Source: Tubulanus polymorphus (lineage: Eukaryota > Animalia > Nemertea). Taken from it: a stretch of 64,000 nucleotides of DNA. Under the pieces are notes generated by a model, which was not told the DNA's origin, did no database searches, and saw nothing but the letters and a program-made list of their open reading frames with translations. The position numbers and the translations under genes were made by a program. The DNA is taken from contig NC_134034.1 in the NCBI RefSeq assembly GCF_964204645.1, forward strand, positions 3,675,814 to 3,739,813, written 5' to 3'. Numbering within the stretch: position 1 is the stretch's first letter; each line of letters opens with the position of its first letter. Below are positions 34,885 to 47,611 of this stretch, piece after piece.

Positions 34885-37800
34885 GTAAGTTTTTCGGCGG
34901 GAATTTTTCGTTTTGATATCGCGAGCTGAAAAACAAGAAATGAGTTCCGAAAGAAGCGGGCCTAAAATTTGACTTGATCACATAGTGGCAATGATTGCCA
35001 AAATGGAACTACGAGATATCTCATTGTGACAATGATGGCCGAAATGGAACTAGGAGATATCTCGTAGTGACAATGATGGCTGAACTGGAACTATGAGATG
35101 TCTCATAGTGACTATGATGGGTGAACTGGAACATCGAGATATGTCTATAGTACGCGTTACCTGATTAAGGCAGTTATCATCATTTTAGAATTCCGCTTCG
35201 TGTTAAATCTTATCTGTTCACTCGTCATTTCCAGCCGTAGTAATCATTTCTAGGGAGCACCTTTGAACATCTATTGCATGAAATTGGCGCTATATAAATT
35301 TTGACATTCGTTCATCGTACGTTTCGTTTTTTTTTTGTTTTTCTCGCGGCGTAGATATCGGAAACTAGCGTTGAAATGGCACCCGGACAAAAACCCGAAC
35401 AACAAAGACGAGGCCGAGAGAAAATTCAAAGAGATTTCCGAGGCGTACGAGGTCCTATCTGACGGTTTGTACTCATTCATTTATTAATCTTAGTCGATGA
35501 TACTATTATTTGTTTATTATCTATTAATCAGGGAACGATTTTAACGAATTACTATTTGAATTGCTCTGTGTTTTTTATCCTAAATTCCGTAGTAATTAAT
35601 GATACGTGAACTGATTAGTGAATGGTCTAAATGAATTAATTACAGGGTCCCTGCGACTCCTTGATTCCTTAGAAACTTCTTTGTAACGGAAAGTGTTTTT
35701 AAAGCAGCTTGAATTTAGCAAAATGCCCAAAACTTATTTAAAACTTGTCTAATTTTGAGTAGGGCCTAATAGGCAATCAGAAATTATCGTCTACAGGTAG
35801 TTTGCAATGTAGAGTAAACTACGCTACGCTTAGATGGGTATAGTTGGGGCAGTAGACAGTTACTGAATAAGTTAGTAGTGAACGGGATAAAAATTTACTT
35901 ACAAAACCACTGAATTAATGGTTCAGCGAGATAAACCATACCAATTTAGGAGGAATTTTCTCCTTTTAAACTCGTAATATCCAGGAATAACTGATCATCC
36001 TTAATTAGTATTTGTATTCATGTGTTTTGTGAAATATCAATTCAACTAGTAGTTAATGATACTTAATTGACACGTTTGATTAATTGCTAATTGATGCTGT
36101 TTAGACTTAATTAGCTTGATTATTGCGGATATCTCATTTAATTGGTGGTAATAATAGCGGTTTATCGCGTGATTTTAGAAAAAAAACGTAGTCATAGAAA
36201 TATTATTTTGAAATTTAAAAAAAATTCAGTTACTTAGAGTCACTGTTTATTAATGATACTTAATCAAAAAGAACATGTTTATATGAATTAGATACGATAC
36301 TTAGTTGATCAGTGTATAATTGGCCGTACTACTATTGCTACCTCAAATAGTTAATAATAATAATAATAATAATAATTTATATCCACAATAAATTACAACA
36401 TACCATAAGGATATACAAAAATATGGGACAAGTATGGGACATTTTAATATAATGCGGGGGAGATTAGATGAAGCCAACAAAGGCTTATGAACGGTGATGG
36501 GCTAGTTGACTAAAACTTTGTCAACCCTTAAGCGTTGACCGGATTGCTGGAAATCATCTGAAAAAATTCACTTCAGACCCAGCACACTTTTCTAAACAGC
36601 GTACCGCTATAGCGCGTTGTTGGTAACTACTATTTCCCTATGTTTGACAGGTGCTGCCATCTTCAAATAGAGATAAAAACTAATTATCGATTTCATCAAT
36701 ACATTACGATGCGGTGAATCGCGACACAGCGATGCGTTGTACTTGCAAAAGCCATCACCAATATATACACCGCACTGCGGAGTAGATACACTACTAAAAG
36801 GGTTTAAGCGACCGGGTCGATAAATGCCGTGGTGACATTTGAAATAGCATTGGTTCACCAATCTTTACCAATTTTTGAGCAATTGTCCCAATGACATTTA
36901 TTGAATGTTTGTGATTACCGAGGTGATAAATCATCGAAATATCTTAACCCATTAGCACTCAAGCTGTGCGTATCCGCCCTGCCTATTACTCCTCAAGCCG
37001 CCCGAATCCGCCCGGCACTTTTTTCATATGCTGCACGAAAACGGCTAAAGTGGAATTCGAACCCAATAGCTTATGATAAACTACACACCTAAGTCCTCGA
37101 AATACCGAACAGAAATCAACATCCTCCGATTTCAATTTCTGGAGGATTTCGAGTTTGTACATAACACATCTGAGCGCTCACTTCAAATTCAAGTAAGTTT
37201 GGATGAATTTCGGGGTCCTAAAAGGACACGATTTTGGTGGCTCACCTCATCAAATCATACATCATATAAAAGCCTTGACTATTTACTACAAAATAAAACT
37301 AACTTGTAATGCATGGAAATAAACAGCAAATGAGCTATTCAGTATCGTGATGAACTTGGATTTTATCTTGAATTTTCTGAGGAGTAATTGACTCTCCTTA
37401 GCGCAATTCCTGAGTGCTAATGGGTTAAGATAAAATATTTTACATTACGTCGACCGGGTCGGCAGTGAAGATAAATAATTAATATATCCGCGTTTTTAAT
37501 TTTTCCGCAGCCGACAAACGTCGTATTTACGACCAGTACGGAAAGGACGGTCTAACCGGAGCCGGCGCGAGCAACGGAGCTGACTTCGGCGCGGGCGGCG
37601 GATTCGACTTTGATTTCGGCGGTGGGTTCGCGTCGCACGGCGGCGGCGCCGGCGGATTCCGTCACGATTTCATGTTCCGCGATCCGTTCGACGTTTTCCG
37701 CGATTTCTTCTCGCACGACCCGTTCGCGTCGAACGACTTCGATCCGTTTTTCCCGTTCAGCGGAGGTGAGTGCCACCGATAAATCGGCGGAGACGTCGTT

Positions 37801-40800
37801 AGATATATTCATATACCCATGATACTAATGTCTATTTCAACCTGACTTGAGAGCATTCCGGGTGGCCTAGCTCGCTAATTTTTGGTAGTACATACCCGAT
37901 AAAGGTCTTTGTAGGACCAGAAAGGACTGGCAGTCGACCTAAATCATCATGCCAATGCATTCTGGTCCTAATTAGATATGTACCGCCAAAACTGACTGAG
38001 CTAGGCCACCCTTTATGCTCTCAAGTCGGGTTGAATAAGACATTAGAGAGATGGTTGCCTCTATGAATCACCCTATGACATCATCAAACTAAGAAAAACT
38101 CTCGTGATCCTGAAACCCTTTCAGAAACTATGGCTGCCTCCAAAAATCACACTCTGACATCAAACTAAGAAATCTAAAAATCCTGAGACCCTTTCATAAA
38201 CGATGACTGCCTTCATAAGTCACCCTATGACATCATCGAAACATTTCTGTGCCCTGGAAGAGATGATTGCCTCGATTAATTACCTTACGATATCATCAAA
38301 CTTATAAAAATTCTAATTTGATTTTGAGATAATTTCGTAAATTCCGTAAATTACACGATGTCATCAGTGTTTAAAATATAATTCCGATAATCACGAGATC
38401 AAAAAGCTTTTAAAATATCGAAACTATCAAAATCTATTAAGAATCGGATTTTCGGTTTTACACTAAAAACCATTTTCAAGGAGTGAAAATGAAAATTCCT
38501 TGAAAATGGTTTTTAGTGTGAAACACTGAAAATTCGGGTCCTTAATAAATTTTGATAGTTTCGATATTTTAAACACTTCTTCGATCTCGTGATTGTGGGT
38601 TTATATTTTACTCGTCTCTCGCGTGCGTTACGTAGTTTTACCGCGTTGTCGTCAGTGTTTGTGTATTATATGTCAATTTCTAGGTCGATCTCGCCATCAG
38701 CAGCCGCGTCGAGCCACATCAAACCGACAAGTATCGTCGAATTTCCACCATCCCGGATTCGGTGGATTCCCGTCGTTCGGATTCACTTCGCCGTTCTTCG
38801 GTGATCCGATGTTCGGATCCGACCCCTTCATGGACTCCGGGTAAGTAGTTAATCTCACGAAGCGCTTGTCACGGGGGTTGGTGCGAGAGTGATATTTTTG
38901 AAGTTTAATGAAACGCTACGTCGATTTCTCGAAGCCGACGGCCCAGTTCGGCGTATCGTTTCAACGACGTTTTCAAACTTAAAAATTTTTAAACAATATC
39001 GATGCTTGTTGTAAACCAGGGCCTGGTTTCACAGACGGGTATTAATTTTAACCCGGGGGGCTAACACAATTCATTATCAGTTGAGTTAGCCCGGCGGGTT
39101 AAAGGTAATACCGGTCTATTATATAGAACCGGCCCCAGATGTATTTTGTGTCCTAAAGTTATAGTCGGCCCATATATATATCAAGTGTGATCTGTTGTCA
39201 AGTCATTTGCAGTGATTATGTTTTTGTGTTTTTTTTTCGTTTCGTGGCATTAAAAATTCGAAACCATCCAGATTGGATTCAGAAGTTTAGGGTTTAACAC
39301 TTCGACTGCCTCTTCAGTGCTTTGCAGTGCTATGTATCGCATACTTCTATATTGCTTGTGCGGTGTATCCATGTAATTAGTTGAAATCAATACTGGAATC
39401 GATATACAACACAATATTGCGTTACATCAATTATACACCGCACAGTGGGGTAGATGCAAAATCTAATACATTATTTGTACACCGTACTGCTGGTTTCATA
39501 ATATTGCGGTACATCAGTTATACACCGCTCTGCGAGTAGATGCAATATCTAATACATCCATTGTACACTGTACTGCAGGTTTCATATTATTGCAGTACAT
39601 CAGTTATACACCGCTCTGCGGGGTAGATGCAATATATAATATATCCATTGTACACCCCACTGCTGGGTACACAATATTGCAGAACGTCAGTTATACACTG
39701 CACTGCGAGGTAGATGCTATGTATAATACATCAATTGTACACTGTACGGCTAGTTTCACAGTTATACATCGCACTGTAGGGTCTAGGTGCAATATATACA
39801 ATACATCTCTAATACACCGCACTGCAGGTAAACACAATATTTTAAAGAACGGGAAAGCCGACGCCATGATGTCACTATACATTTGCCTTTACGATCTTCA
39901 AAATTTATCAGCGCCCTCGCCTTAAGCGATAAACAATGGATTCTCTGTTAGATTTTCTCTTCGAGCATTTCGAAAAGCATTTGGTTGAATTTAGAAACTT
40001 TTTCAAATCATGGAAGACACTAATTAATTGAGTAGAGACAGAAAACCAGTCTAGAAACCACTAGCAGTGCCTAGCGAATTTCAAGAAATCAGCATTCCCA
40101 TTGGCTTATAGTTCTACGGTTTTATGAAGCTCAACGACAAACTAAACTAAGGGTGTAGGAACTAGTGCAGATCTGGCAAGTTACCAAGCATAACATTCAT
40201 GATAATAATCGGGATGTTGGAACTACCAGGAACTGTCATGGTATACGTGGTTGTTATGATATGAGGGTTTTTAATGAAGCTCTATGACGGATGAACGATT
40301 ATACGTAAACATAGGTCTATTATTTATGCGATTATTGTGATTTTCTTGTTGCGATTATGTATTTATATTGAGTGGATTCGTGTTTAATTGCCGATTTATA
40401 AACGTACGATACAGCCCGGTATCTGTCAATCAGAACACGTGCGTATATATATAACCATTGGAAGAGTTCATTTGGGTCATGATGTGCTCATTCATAGTGC
40501 CACAATGTCCCTGGGCACGACGCTTGTACACAAGTGGAATTTTCACTTGCCACAAGCGGAATCCTCTATTGTTGCAGTAGTTGATGTCCTACTACACACA
40601 AGTGACACCTGGTGGATATCCTCTATTGCCATAGTAGATGATGTCCTATTGCTCACTAGTGACACCTAGGACTTTTTCATTGGTATTACTTTTATTACAT
40701 CATGTACCTTAGCGAACCACACTTTCACGAAATCATGTCAAATCTTACATTTAAAAAAAAGTGACACCTGGCTGCAGTAGTTGATGTCCTACTGCACACT

Positions 40801-43800
40801 AGGGACACCTGTTGGACCCTCACTTGCCACTTGTGGAATCCTCTATTGCCACATTCGTTGATGTCCTACTGTAGGCCTACATGAGTGACACCTGGTGGAT
40901 CCTCACTTACCACAAGTGGAATCTATTGCCATCGTAGATGATATCCTACTGCAAACTAGTGGCACCTGGTGGATTCTCACTTGCTGCAAGTCGATTCCTC
41001 ACTTGCCACAGTGAGATTTCGGATCATGCTTCGGTAGAGCTCGTGATTTATTCGATCGAATTAATATTTAGAGCAGTTAATGATTGGGAGATATTATTGA
41101 TTGATCAAAACGTAATAGTTAATTGAATTTGTTAATTGATCAGATTAATTAATGATAATTGTTTGGTTGTAAAATGAATATTTCAGAAGGAGACGTCGAA
41201 GGAGACAACGTCCACACTCTACAGCCGCCGCCGCAGCGCCCCCTTTTAGAGGATTCTCGTCATTTTTCTCGATGGATCCGTTTAGTTCTATGTCAACTGG
41301 GTAAAATATTAGTTCTACGTACGGCCGCCAGGTGGTGCGATCAATTTCAAAATATTATGCGTATTCGTTCAAAATTTTGGGTGCATGCGAAGAAATTATA
41401 TATCGGGGCAAAGGCTATTCTATATATAAGACTCTGCTTAAGTCGGATCTTTTCTGACAAGATTTGTTTGTCTGTTATCTAAAGCTAAACTACTATCTCG
41501 TAAGTTGAATGGTTATCTCTGAGTTGAATGGTAATCTCTTTGAGTTGAATGGTAATTTCTTGAGTTGAATGAGTTGAGTGGTCATCTTTTGAACGGTCAT
41601 TCCTTGATTTGAACTCTATGAGGCCTATCTCTTAATTGAACTACGGGATCGTTCATTTATTACGTACGCATAAAATTTGAAATTTTCAACCCCCTTCCCC
41701 CTGTACGTAAAATCGGCCATCTTTTCATATACATTAAGCATTACAGTATGTAATTGATCCCTCCCCCCTCCCCTAATGCATACGTAATAAATGAATGACC
41801 CCTACTACTATCTCTAAGTGTTGAACCACTATCTTCTAGTTAAATGGTTTTTTCTTAAGTTAAAATGTTACCTCTGAGTTGAATTGTTTGATATGAGTTG
41901 AACTGTTAACTCTTGAGTAGAACTCCCAACTCTGAGCTGTTTACTGAGTTGAAATGTTAATCCTGAGATGAACTGTTTACTCGGAGTTAAACTGTTAACT
42001 CCTGAGAGGAACTGTTTACTTGGAGTTAAACTGTTAACTCCTGAGTTGAACTGTTAACTCGGGGTTAAACTGTTATCTCAGAGTTGAACTGTTAACTCCT
42101 GAGAGGAACTGTTTACTCAGAGTTAACTGTTAACTCCTGAGTTGAACTGTAAACTCCTGAGTGGAATTGTTTATTTAGAGTTAAACTGTTAACTCCTGAG
42201 TTGAACTGTAAACTCCTGAGTAGAATTGTTTATTTAGAGTTAAACTGTTAACTCCTGAGTTGAACTGTAAACTCCTGAGTAGAATTGTTTATTTAGAGTT
42301 AAACTGTTTACTCCTGAGTTGAACTGTTAACTCCTTAGTGGAACTGTTTACTCAGACTTAACTGTTAACTCCTGAGTTGAACTGTTAACTCCTGAGTGGA
42401 GCTGTTAACTCATGAGTGGAACTGTTTCCTTGGAGTTAAACTGTTAACTCCTGAGTTGAACTGTTAACTCGGGGTTAAACTGTTATCTCAGAGTTGAACT
42501 GTTAATTCCGGAGTTGAACTATTAACTCCTGGGTTGAACTATTTACTCAGGGTTAAACTGTTAACTCAGAGTTGAACTGTTAACTCCTGAGTTGAACTGT
42601 TTACTCAGGGTTAAACTGTTAACTCAGAGTTGAACTGTTAACTCCTGAGTTGAACTGTTTACTCAGGGTTAAACTGTTAACTCAGAGTTGAACTATTAAC
42701 TCCTGAGTTGAACTGTTGAATCTGAGTTGAACTGTTAACTCTTGAACAGTCAATCTCTCTCTATTTCATGCATCCAACTTGAGCAGAGTCTACTGAATAC
42801 AAATCTCAAGTATAGAAATCTTTTATCAGGAAACAAAACATCAATTCTTCGAAGCAGGCGTTTTTCCCTCCTGGCAACTCTATGCAACTTGATGAAATAG
42901 TTGTAGCTTAGCGAGGCCGCTGTTATCAGCGTCCAGTTCTGGAGTTCCGAGTCAAGAGTTAAAACATTGGAAAGGAATTGATTTAACTCTGACTCTTAAC
43001 TGTGGAACCGGTTCCGGGATGATTTGTGGAATTGGCGAATTTGAACCGCAGATTTCTTTCCCGAGCCAAGAACAAACTTCGCGAGTGGTCGCGAATGGTC
43101 GCAACTATTGCCACGAGTTGCCTGTTGTTGCCAGTGCGGGTTTTACCGACGGTCGGTATTTACCGAAATATGACCGGTCCAACGCATGTTCAATCTTAAG
43201 GCACACACCGATCGTCAGTGAATGTTACAATCGACACCGGACATTTTTAGATTAATGAAAAATCGCATGTCTGTCCCTACGGGTCCTTCATTCCTTGAAA
43301 ACTCTTTCTAAACCAAAAATGTTTTACAAGGTCCTTGAATATCCTTTAATTCGAGTAAAATGCCCACAAGCCCCGGAAAACTCCACAAGTCCTTGAAAAC
43401 TTGAATTTTGAGAAATTGACTATGAGAAGATCTTTAAGTTTGGTCTTTCAAGATTGGGCCTACTTAGTTTTCATAAAAGAATTTTGTTCTGTGTATTATT
43501 TGATGAAGACTAGCTTGTTAGTAGTATAATATCGATTAGTGGGTCCGTTATTGAATATGAAAGTGAGGAATAAACTCTTGAAATTTTATCCTCGAAAAAT
43601 CCTTGAATTCTGGAATGACTGATCTGTAGGGATCCTGATAGAACACTAAACTCATTAATTATTTATTTTTGTTTTTCAGCTGGTGATTTGTTTTTTATTG
43701 CTTAATTTTTTTCATTCTTAAAAAAAATTATACAATTTTTATTTTCAGGGCATTTTCACTACTATTAACATTGATTTTTTTTCTCTATTTTTGATGTCTG

Positions 43801-46800
43801 GTGTTTCTTTTTATGGAATGAGGACGTGTATATATATATATGTAATATTATTCGCACACTGACTGCTTGTTTGGTGAGCATGGTGTAAACCGTTATATGT
43901 AATAGTGGAATCTTCGTTTGGAAACACGGCTTAATAGCGAGTCTCTAAAAGTGCTTAGAAAGTGACTTACATTTGGAAAAATTTAGTAAGGCGCTTAAAA
44001 AGTGCTTGATATTGACAAAATTTCAAAATTAAGCGCTTTCGAAGTGCTTACCGGTACTTTTGAACTTAAGTATCCATCCCTAATTGTTTTTTGGGCAATT
44101 ATGTGTTATGCCAACATTATTTTAGTGCGAAAACGATGCTTAAAAGTGGCTTACTTTGGCCATAGCCCTAATTACCACGATGAACACCTGAAAACCTGCT
44201 ACTGGTCAGACTATAATAGCTTAAGTTTTATCAAATTTACCCAGTTGCACCCTTAGTAGACACAACCTCCCTTAGCTGGGATTCAAACCTGATGACATCA
44301 TGAGACTCTGCCCCAGCTCAAACCCCTGCCCTAGTAGACACATCCTCCCTCAGCAGGGATTTGAACCTGGTGACATCATGAGACTCTGTCACAGTACAAA
44401 CCCCTGCCCTAGTAGACACATCCTCCCTCAGCAGGGATTTGAACCTGATGACATCATGAGACTCTGTCACAGTACAAACCCCTGCCCTAATAGACACATC
44501 CTCCCTCAGCAGGGATTTGAACCTGGTGACATCATGAGACTCTGTCACAGCACAAACCCCTGCCCTAGTAGACACATCCTCCCTCAGCAGGGATTTGAAC
44601 CTGATGACATCATGAGACTTATCACAGTACAAACCCCTGTCTTAGTAGACACATCCTCCCTCAGCAGGGATTTGAACCTGGTGACATCATGAGACTCTGT
44701 CACAGTACAAACCCCTGTCTTAGTAGACACATCCTCCCTCAGCAGGGATTTGAACCTGGTGACATCATGAGACTCTGTCACAGCACAAACCCCTGTCCTA
44801 GTAGACACATCCTCCCTCAGCAGGGATTTGAACCTGATGACATCATGAGACTCTATCACAGTACAAACCCCTGTCCTAGTTGACACATCCTCCCTCAGCA
44901 GGGATTTGAACCTGATGACATCATGAGACTTATCACAGTACAAACCCCTTTTCTAGTAGCCACATCCTCCCTCATCAGGGATTCGAACCTGATGACACCA
45001 GGAGACTGTCACGGCACAAACCTTTTTGTATTACATTCAGTCTCATGATGACGCTATTAAGTACTGCAGTTGAGTCCTGTGAAGCAATACGGTTTGAATC
45101 CCTACCGTGGGGTTGGGTTGGCGAATATGCCCTCGAGTCGGTTATAACTAAGGTTCCACTATTAATTGGCACGCACGATGGCTCGCTTTCATACGTTACT
45201 AATAAATTTCTAAATCATCGAAAAATAATTCATCAGAATTTTAGCGGATGAATTCCCGTATGTTTTTGTTTCAGTCTGCATGATGCCTGAATACTAAAAA
45301 CAAATAACTCTTTAAGATATTAATGAAAAATGGCAAGAATTAGTTATAAAATCGAGCGATTAATTCATCAGAAATTTAGAATTCTATTTTTTTTTGCAAG
45401 CGAATGTTTTTTGAGATAAAATATGTGTTGAATGTAATGAAATATCAAAGGAAATCCGGAACCAAGTTCCACGGTTGTGACTTGGAATTAATTTCTTTTA
45501 AAAAGTGAAATTATAACAATTTTGGTAAATTATTGACCATATTGAGTTGATTCTAGAGTCTGTATTGCTAAGCATTTGACCTAAAAAGAGTTGCAGTTTT
45601 TAGAACGTGACTCTCGTATGAGAATCCGTCCCCGGAGTCATTGACTCTGAAGTCGGACTAATTTGGCTCTCTATCTCTTCTTTTCTTACATTTTGACATC
45701 AAAGCTTCGTTCGTTTTTAAATAGGTCTCGAAATTATCATTTCTTAGAATTTTGACATTCTTATCAAATGATTCTACGTAAGAGGTCATGATTTTTTTCG
45801 GAATTTGACTTTATTCTTTTTTTGACGGGGACTTAAAATAGATCGAAATCAAATTAATCCGACGATTTTGGATTTTATGAAAATGACGTATTTATTTTCT
45901 TCGTTTTTAGGTTTTCTCAATCATTTTCAAGTTCGTCGTTTGGTGGCGGAGCGTCCGGAGGTTTCCGGTCGACGTCGCGTTCAACCAAAATTGTCAACGG
46001 TCGAAAAATAGTCACAACCAAGTATGTATCTTGCCATCAATCTACTGGCCGGAACTGTCCCCTTCAGATATTCACCGGAGCCACCCCTTAACATATTTAC
46101 TGGAACCACCCCTCAGACATTCATCGGAAATGTCTCCTTCAGATATTCACTGGAGCCACCCCTTCAGATATTCACCGGAACTGTTGGATATCCATTGGAG
46201 CCACCCATTCAGATGTTAGCTGGAACTTTCCCCTTCGGATATTCCCTGGAACCACCCCTTAATATTCCCCAGAGCCACCCCCTTTTTAGATAGTCCCCGG
46301 AACCATCCCTTCAGACAGTCACTGTTGTATCTAATGATCAGTTTTTGAAAGTGCACTGATGGAATGTTTAATGCCTGGTGTTATCATGATTGATAAAACA
46401 CTATATCCGTGTTGACGCGATGTAGAGAGAATCCCACAATTATAACGAAAAAGTCCGAAAATGTAACTTCGAGATAGTAGTTTATTTCAACGTTTCGACT
46501 ATATCCTAATATTATTCCTGAAGATGACTATTAGGATATAGTCGAAACGTTGAAATAAACTGCTATCTCGAAGTTTCATTTTCGGACTTTTTCGTTATAA
46601 TTGTGGGATTCTCTCTACAATGCCTGGTGTTTATAGTTCATTTTCAATCGAAAATGTCTCAGATCAAGTACTGAACACATGTGTAGTGGTGTGGACGATC
46701 AGAAATTTGAAAGAATGGTTATAAACTACTGTACTGTCTGACCGATGCGGGGGGGGGGATGGTCCAGGCTGCAGCAACCTGCTCTCGATCTAAACAAATA

Positions 46801-46946
46801 TCGTTTCATTTCGTCGTTTTCAACTTAGAAAATATTTTCTTCTTCGCAGAGTCGTCGAGAACGGGGTAGAAACAGTTACCGTGGAAGAGGACGGAATTTT
46901 AACCTCGAAACTCGTGAACGGTCAGCCGCAAGCGATCGCGTACTAA
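34820..46946 (+). CDS. DNAJB6: DnaJ homolog subfamily B member 6-like (Hsp40); 7 coding exons, 909 nt, ~302 aa
   Basis: Exons 34820-34884, 35355-35464, 37511-37765, 38684-38840, 41187-41300, 45911-46021, 46850-46946. J-domain ([32 protein letters not shown]), G/F region ([12 protein letters not shown]), S/T region and C-terminal [33 protein letters not shown] typical of DNAJB6/B8/MRJ. Confidence 0.93.
35355..35464 (+). CDS. DNAJB6: DNAJB6 exon 2 (HPD motif)
   Basis: [14 protein letters not shown]...AYEVLSD. Confidence 0.95.
36948..37424. mobile_element. piggyBac-type MITE, second family
   Basis: TTAA|CCCATTAGCACTCA...TGAGTGCTAATGGG|TTAA. Confidence 0.8.
37511..37765 (+). CDS. DNAJB6: DNAJB6 exon 3 (G/F-rich)
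   Basis: [14 protein letters not shown]...[12 protein letters not shown]. Confidence 0.95.
37825..38046. mobile_element. Palindromic MITE
   Basis: CTAATGTCT..TTCAACC.GACTTGAGAGCAT..GGGTGGCCTAGCTC mirrored. Confidence 0.65.
38391..38591. repeat. ~200-bp imperfect palindrome
   Basis: TCACGAGATC...AAAACCATTTTCAAGGA / TCCTTGAAAATGGTTTT...GATCTCGTGA. Confidence 0.75.
38684..38840 (+). CDS. DNAJB6: DNAJB6 exon 4
   Basis: [24 protein letters not shown]; phases fit. Confidence 0.88.
40525..41010. repeat. Degenerate ~70-bp repeat cluster; related copies at 9545-9680 (-) and 52140-52260
   Basis: CACTTGCCACAAGTGGAATCCTCTATTG..GATGTCCTACT..GTGACACCTGGTGGA. Confidence 0.75.
41187..41300 (+). CDS. DNAJB6: DNAJB6 exon 5 (possible cassette)
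   Basis: tttcag acceptor, open frame [33 protein letters not shown]|GTAAAA; 114 nt, symmetric phase. Confidence 0.7.
41880..42745. repeat. ~20-bp minisatellite (GAGTTGAACTGTTAACTCCT), ~40 copies
   Basis: Direct reading; degenerate precursors from ~41500. Confidence 0.93.
44251..45025. repeat. 78-bp tandem repeat, ~10 copies
   Basis: CTAGTAGACACATCCTCCCTCAGCAGGGATTTGAACCTG.. period 77-78. Confidence 0.95.
45911..46021 (+). CDS. DNAJB6: DNAJB6 exon 6 (S/T-rich)
   Basis: [36 protein letters not shown]. Confidence 0.93.
46045..46320. repeat. Degenerate short tandem repeat (CCCTTCAGATATTCACCGGA..)
   Basis: Direct reading. Confidence 0.7.
46383..46619. mobile_element. Penelope-like element remnant (inverted pLTR hairpin + tail)
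   Basis: ~90-bp inverted arms 46421-46619; 38-nt one-sided tail; 13-bp duplication AATGCCTGGTGTT (46370, 46619); hammerhead core. Confidence 0.72.
46511..46558 (+). ncRNA. Minimal hammerhead ribozyme motif (Penelope type)
   Basis: CTGAAGA-T-GACTA(ttaggata)TAGTC-GAAACGTT; stem I imperfect. Confidence 0.55.
46850..46946 (+). CDS. DNAJB6: DNAJB6 terminal coding exon
   Basis: [31 protein letters not shown]-stop. Confidence 0.9.
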
Positions 46947-47611
46947 TCTCTCCACATGACCTTGAACTGTTATTGTAAGCAGACGGTTGAAGTGAATATA
47001 ACGATTTCGAAGGAAAAAAAAAAGCAAAAACAAATCTTGTGAAATAATCCGGAGATTTTTTTACCGAGAAACCTGAAAAGACGAAAAAAAACTACAAACG
47101 GAAAAAATGTGTGTGTTTAATAGAGCGTTGTTCGTTCGTTTCATTTGGAATAATCTTTAACAGATCGGAGGAGAATTCGATTCTCTCGTTCGCTCGAGCC
47201 ATCGCCGCGAGCCTCGGGGAAGCGGGTAACTTCACACGCGACGAGCCGCGAAAGACTGGTTTTTGATGAAATGTGGCGTTGATTGGAGGTTTTTGCGGTC
47301 CACCAGAAACCGGATCGAACGAAAAGTTCGCTCGCGGGTGATGTGCGGGAATGAAAATACCACTGCTCGCTCTCTCTCTTTATCGGCGATCAGGATCCAA
47401 TTCTGCAGTTTTCGAGTTGACCCGTTTGCTGCTGTGTGTAGTATACTGAAACTGTCGTAAATTTCGACGTAGGCCTACACAGAGCTGCCAACTGTTCCTG
47501 ATTTTCAGTATTTGTTACTATTTTCAGGGTTTCCTGGGGTCCTTCCAAGTCCTTCTCTATCCTTCTTTTGGACAAACATCATCTTTGTCCTTCTTTTTGA
47601 CTCTAGGTCCT

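Noticed and set aside
43679-43890. Acceptor-like sites as an alternative DNAJB6 terminal exon
   Set aside because: One gives an immediate stop, the other a T-rich low-complexity frame; unsupported without transcripts.
44300-44943. Repetitive ORFs on both strands of the 78-bp array
   Set aside because: Intronic; frames broken by 77-bp units.
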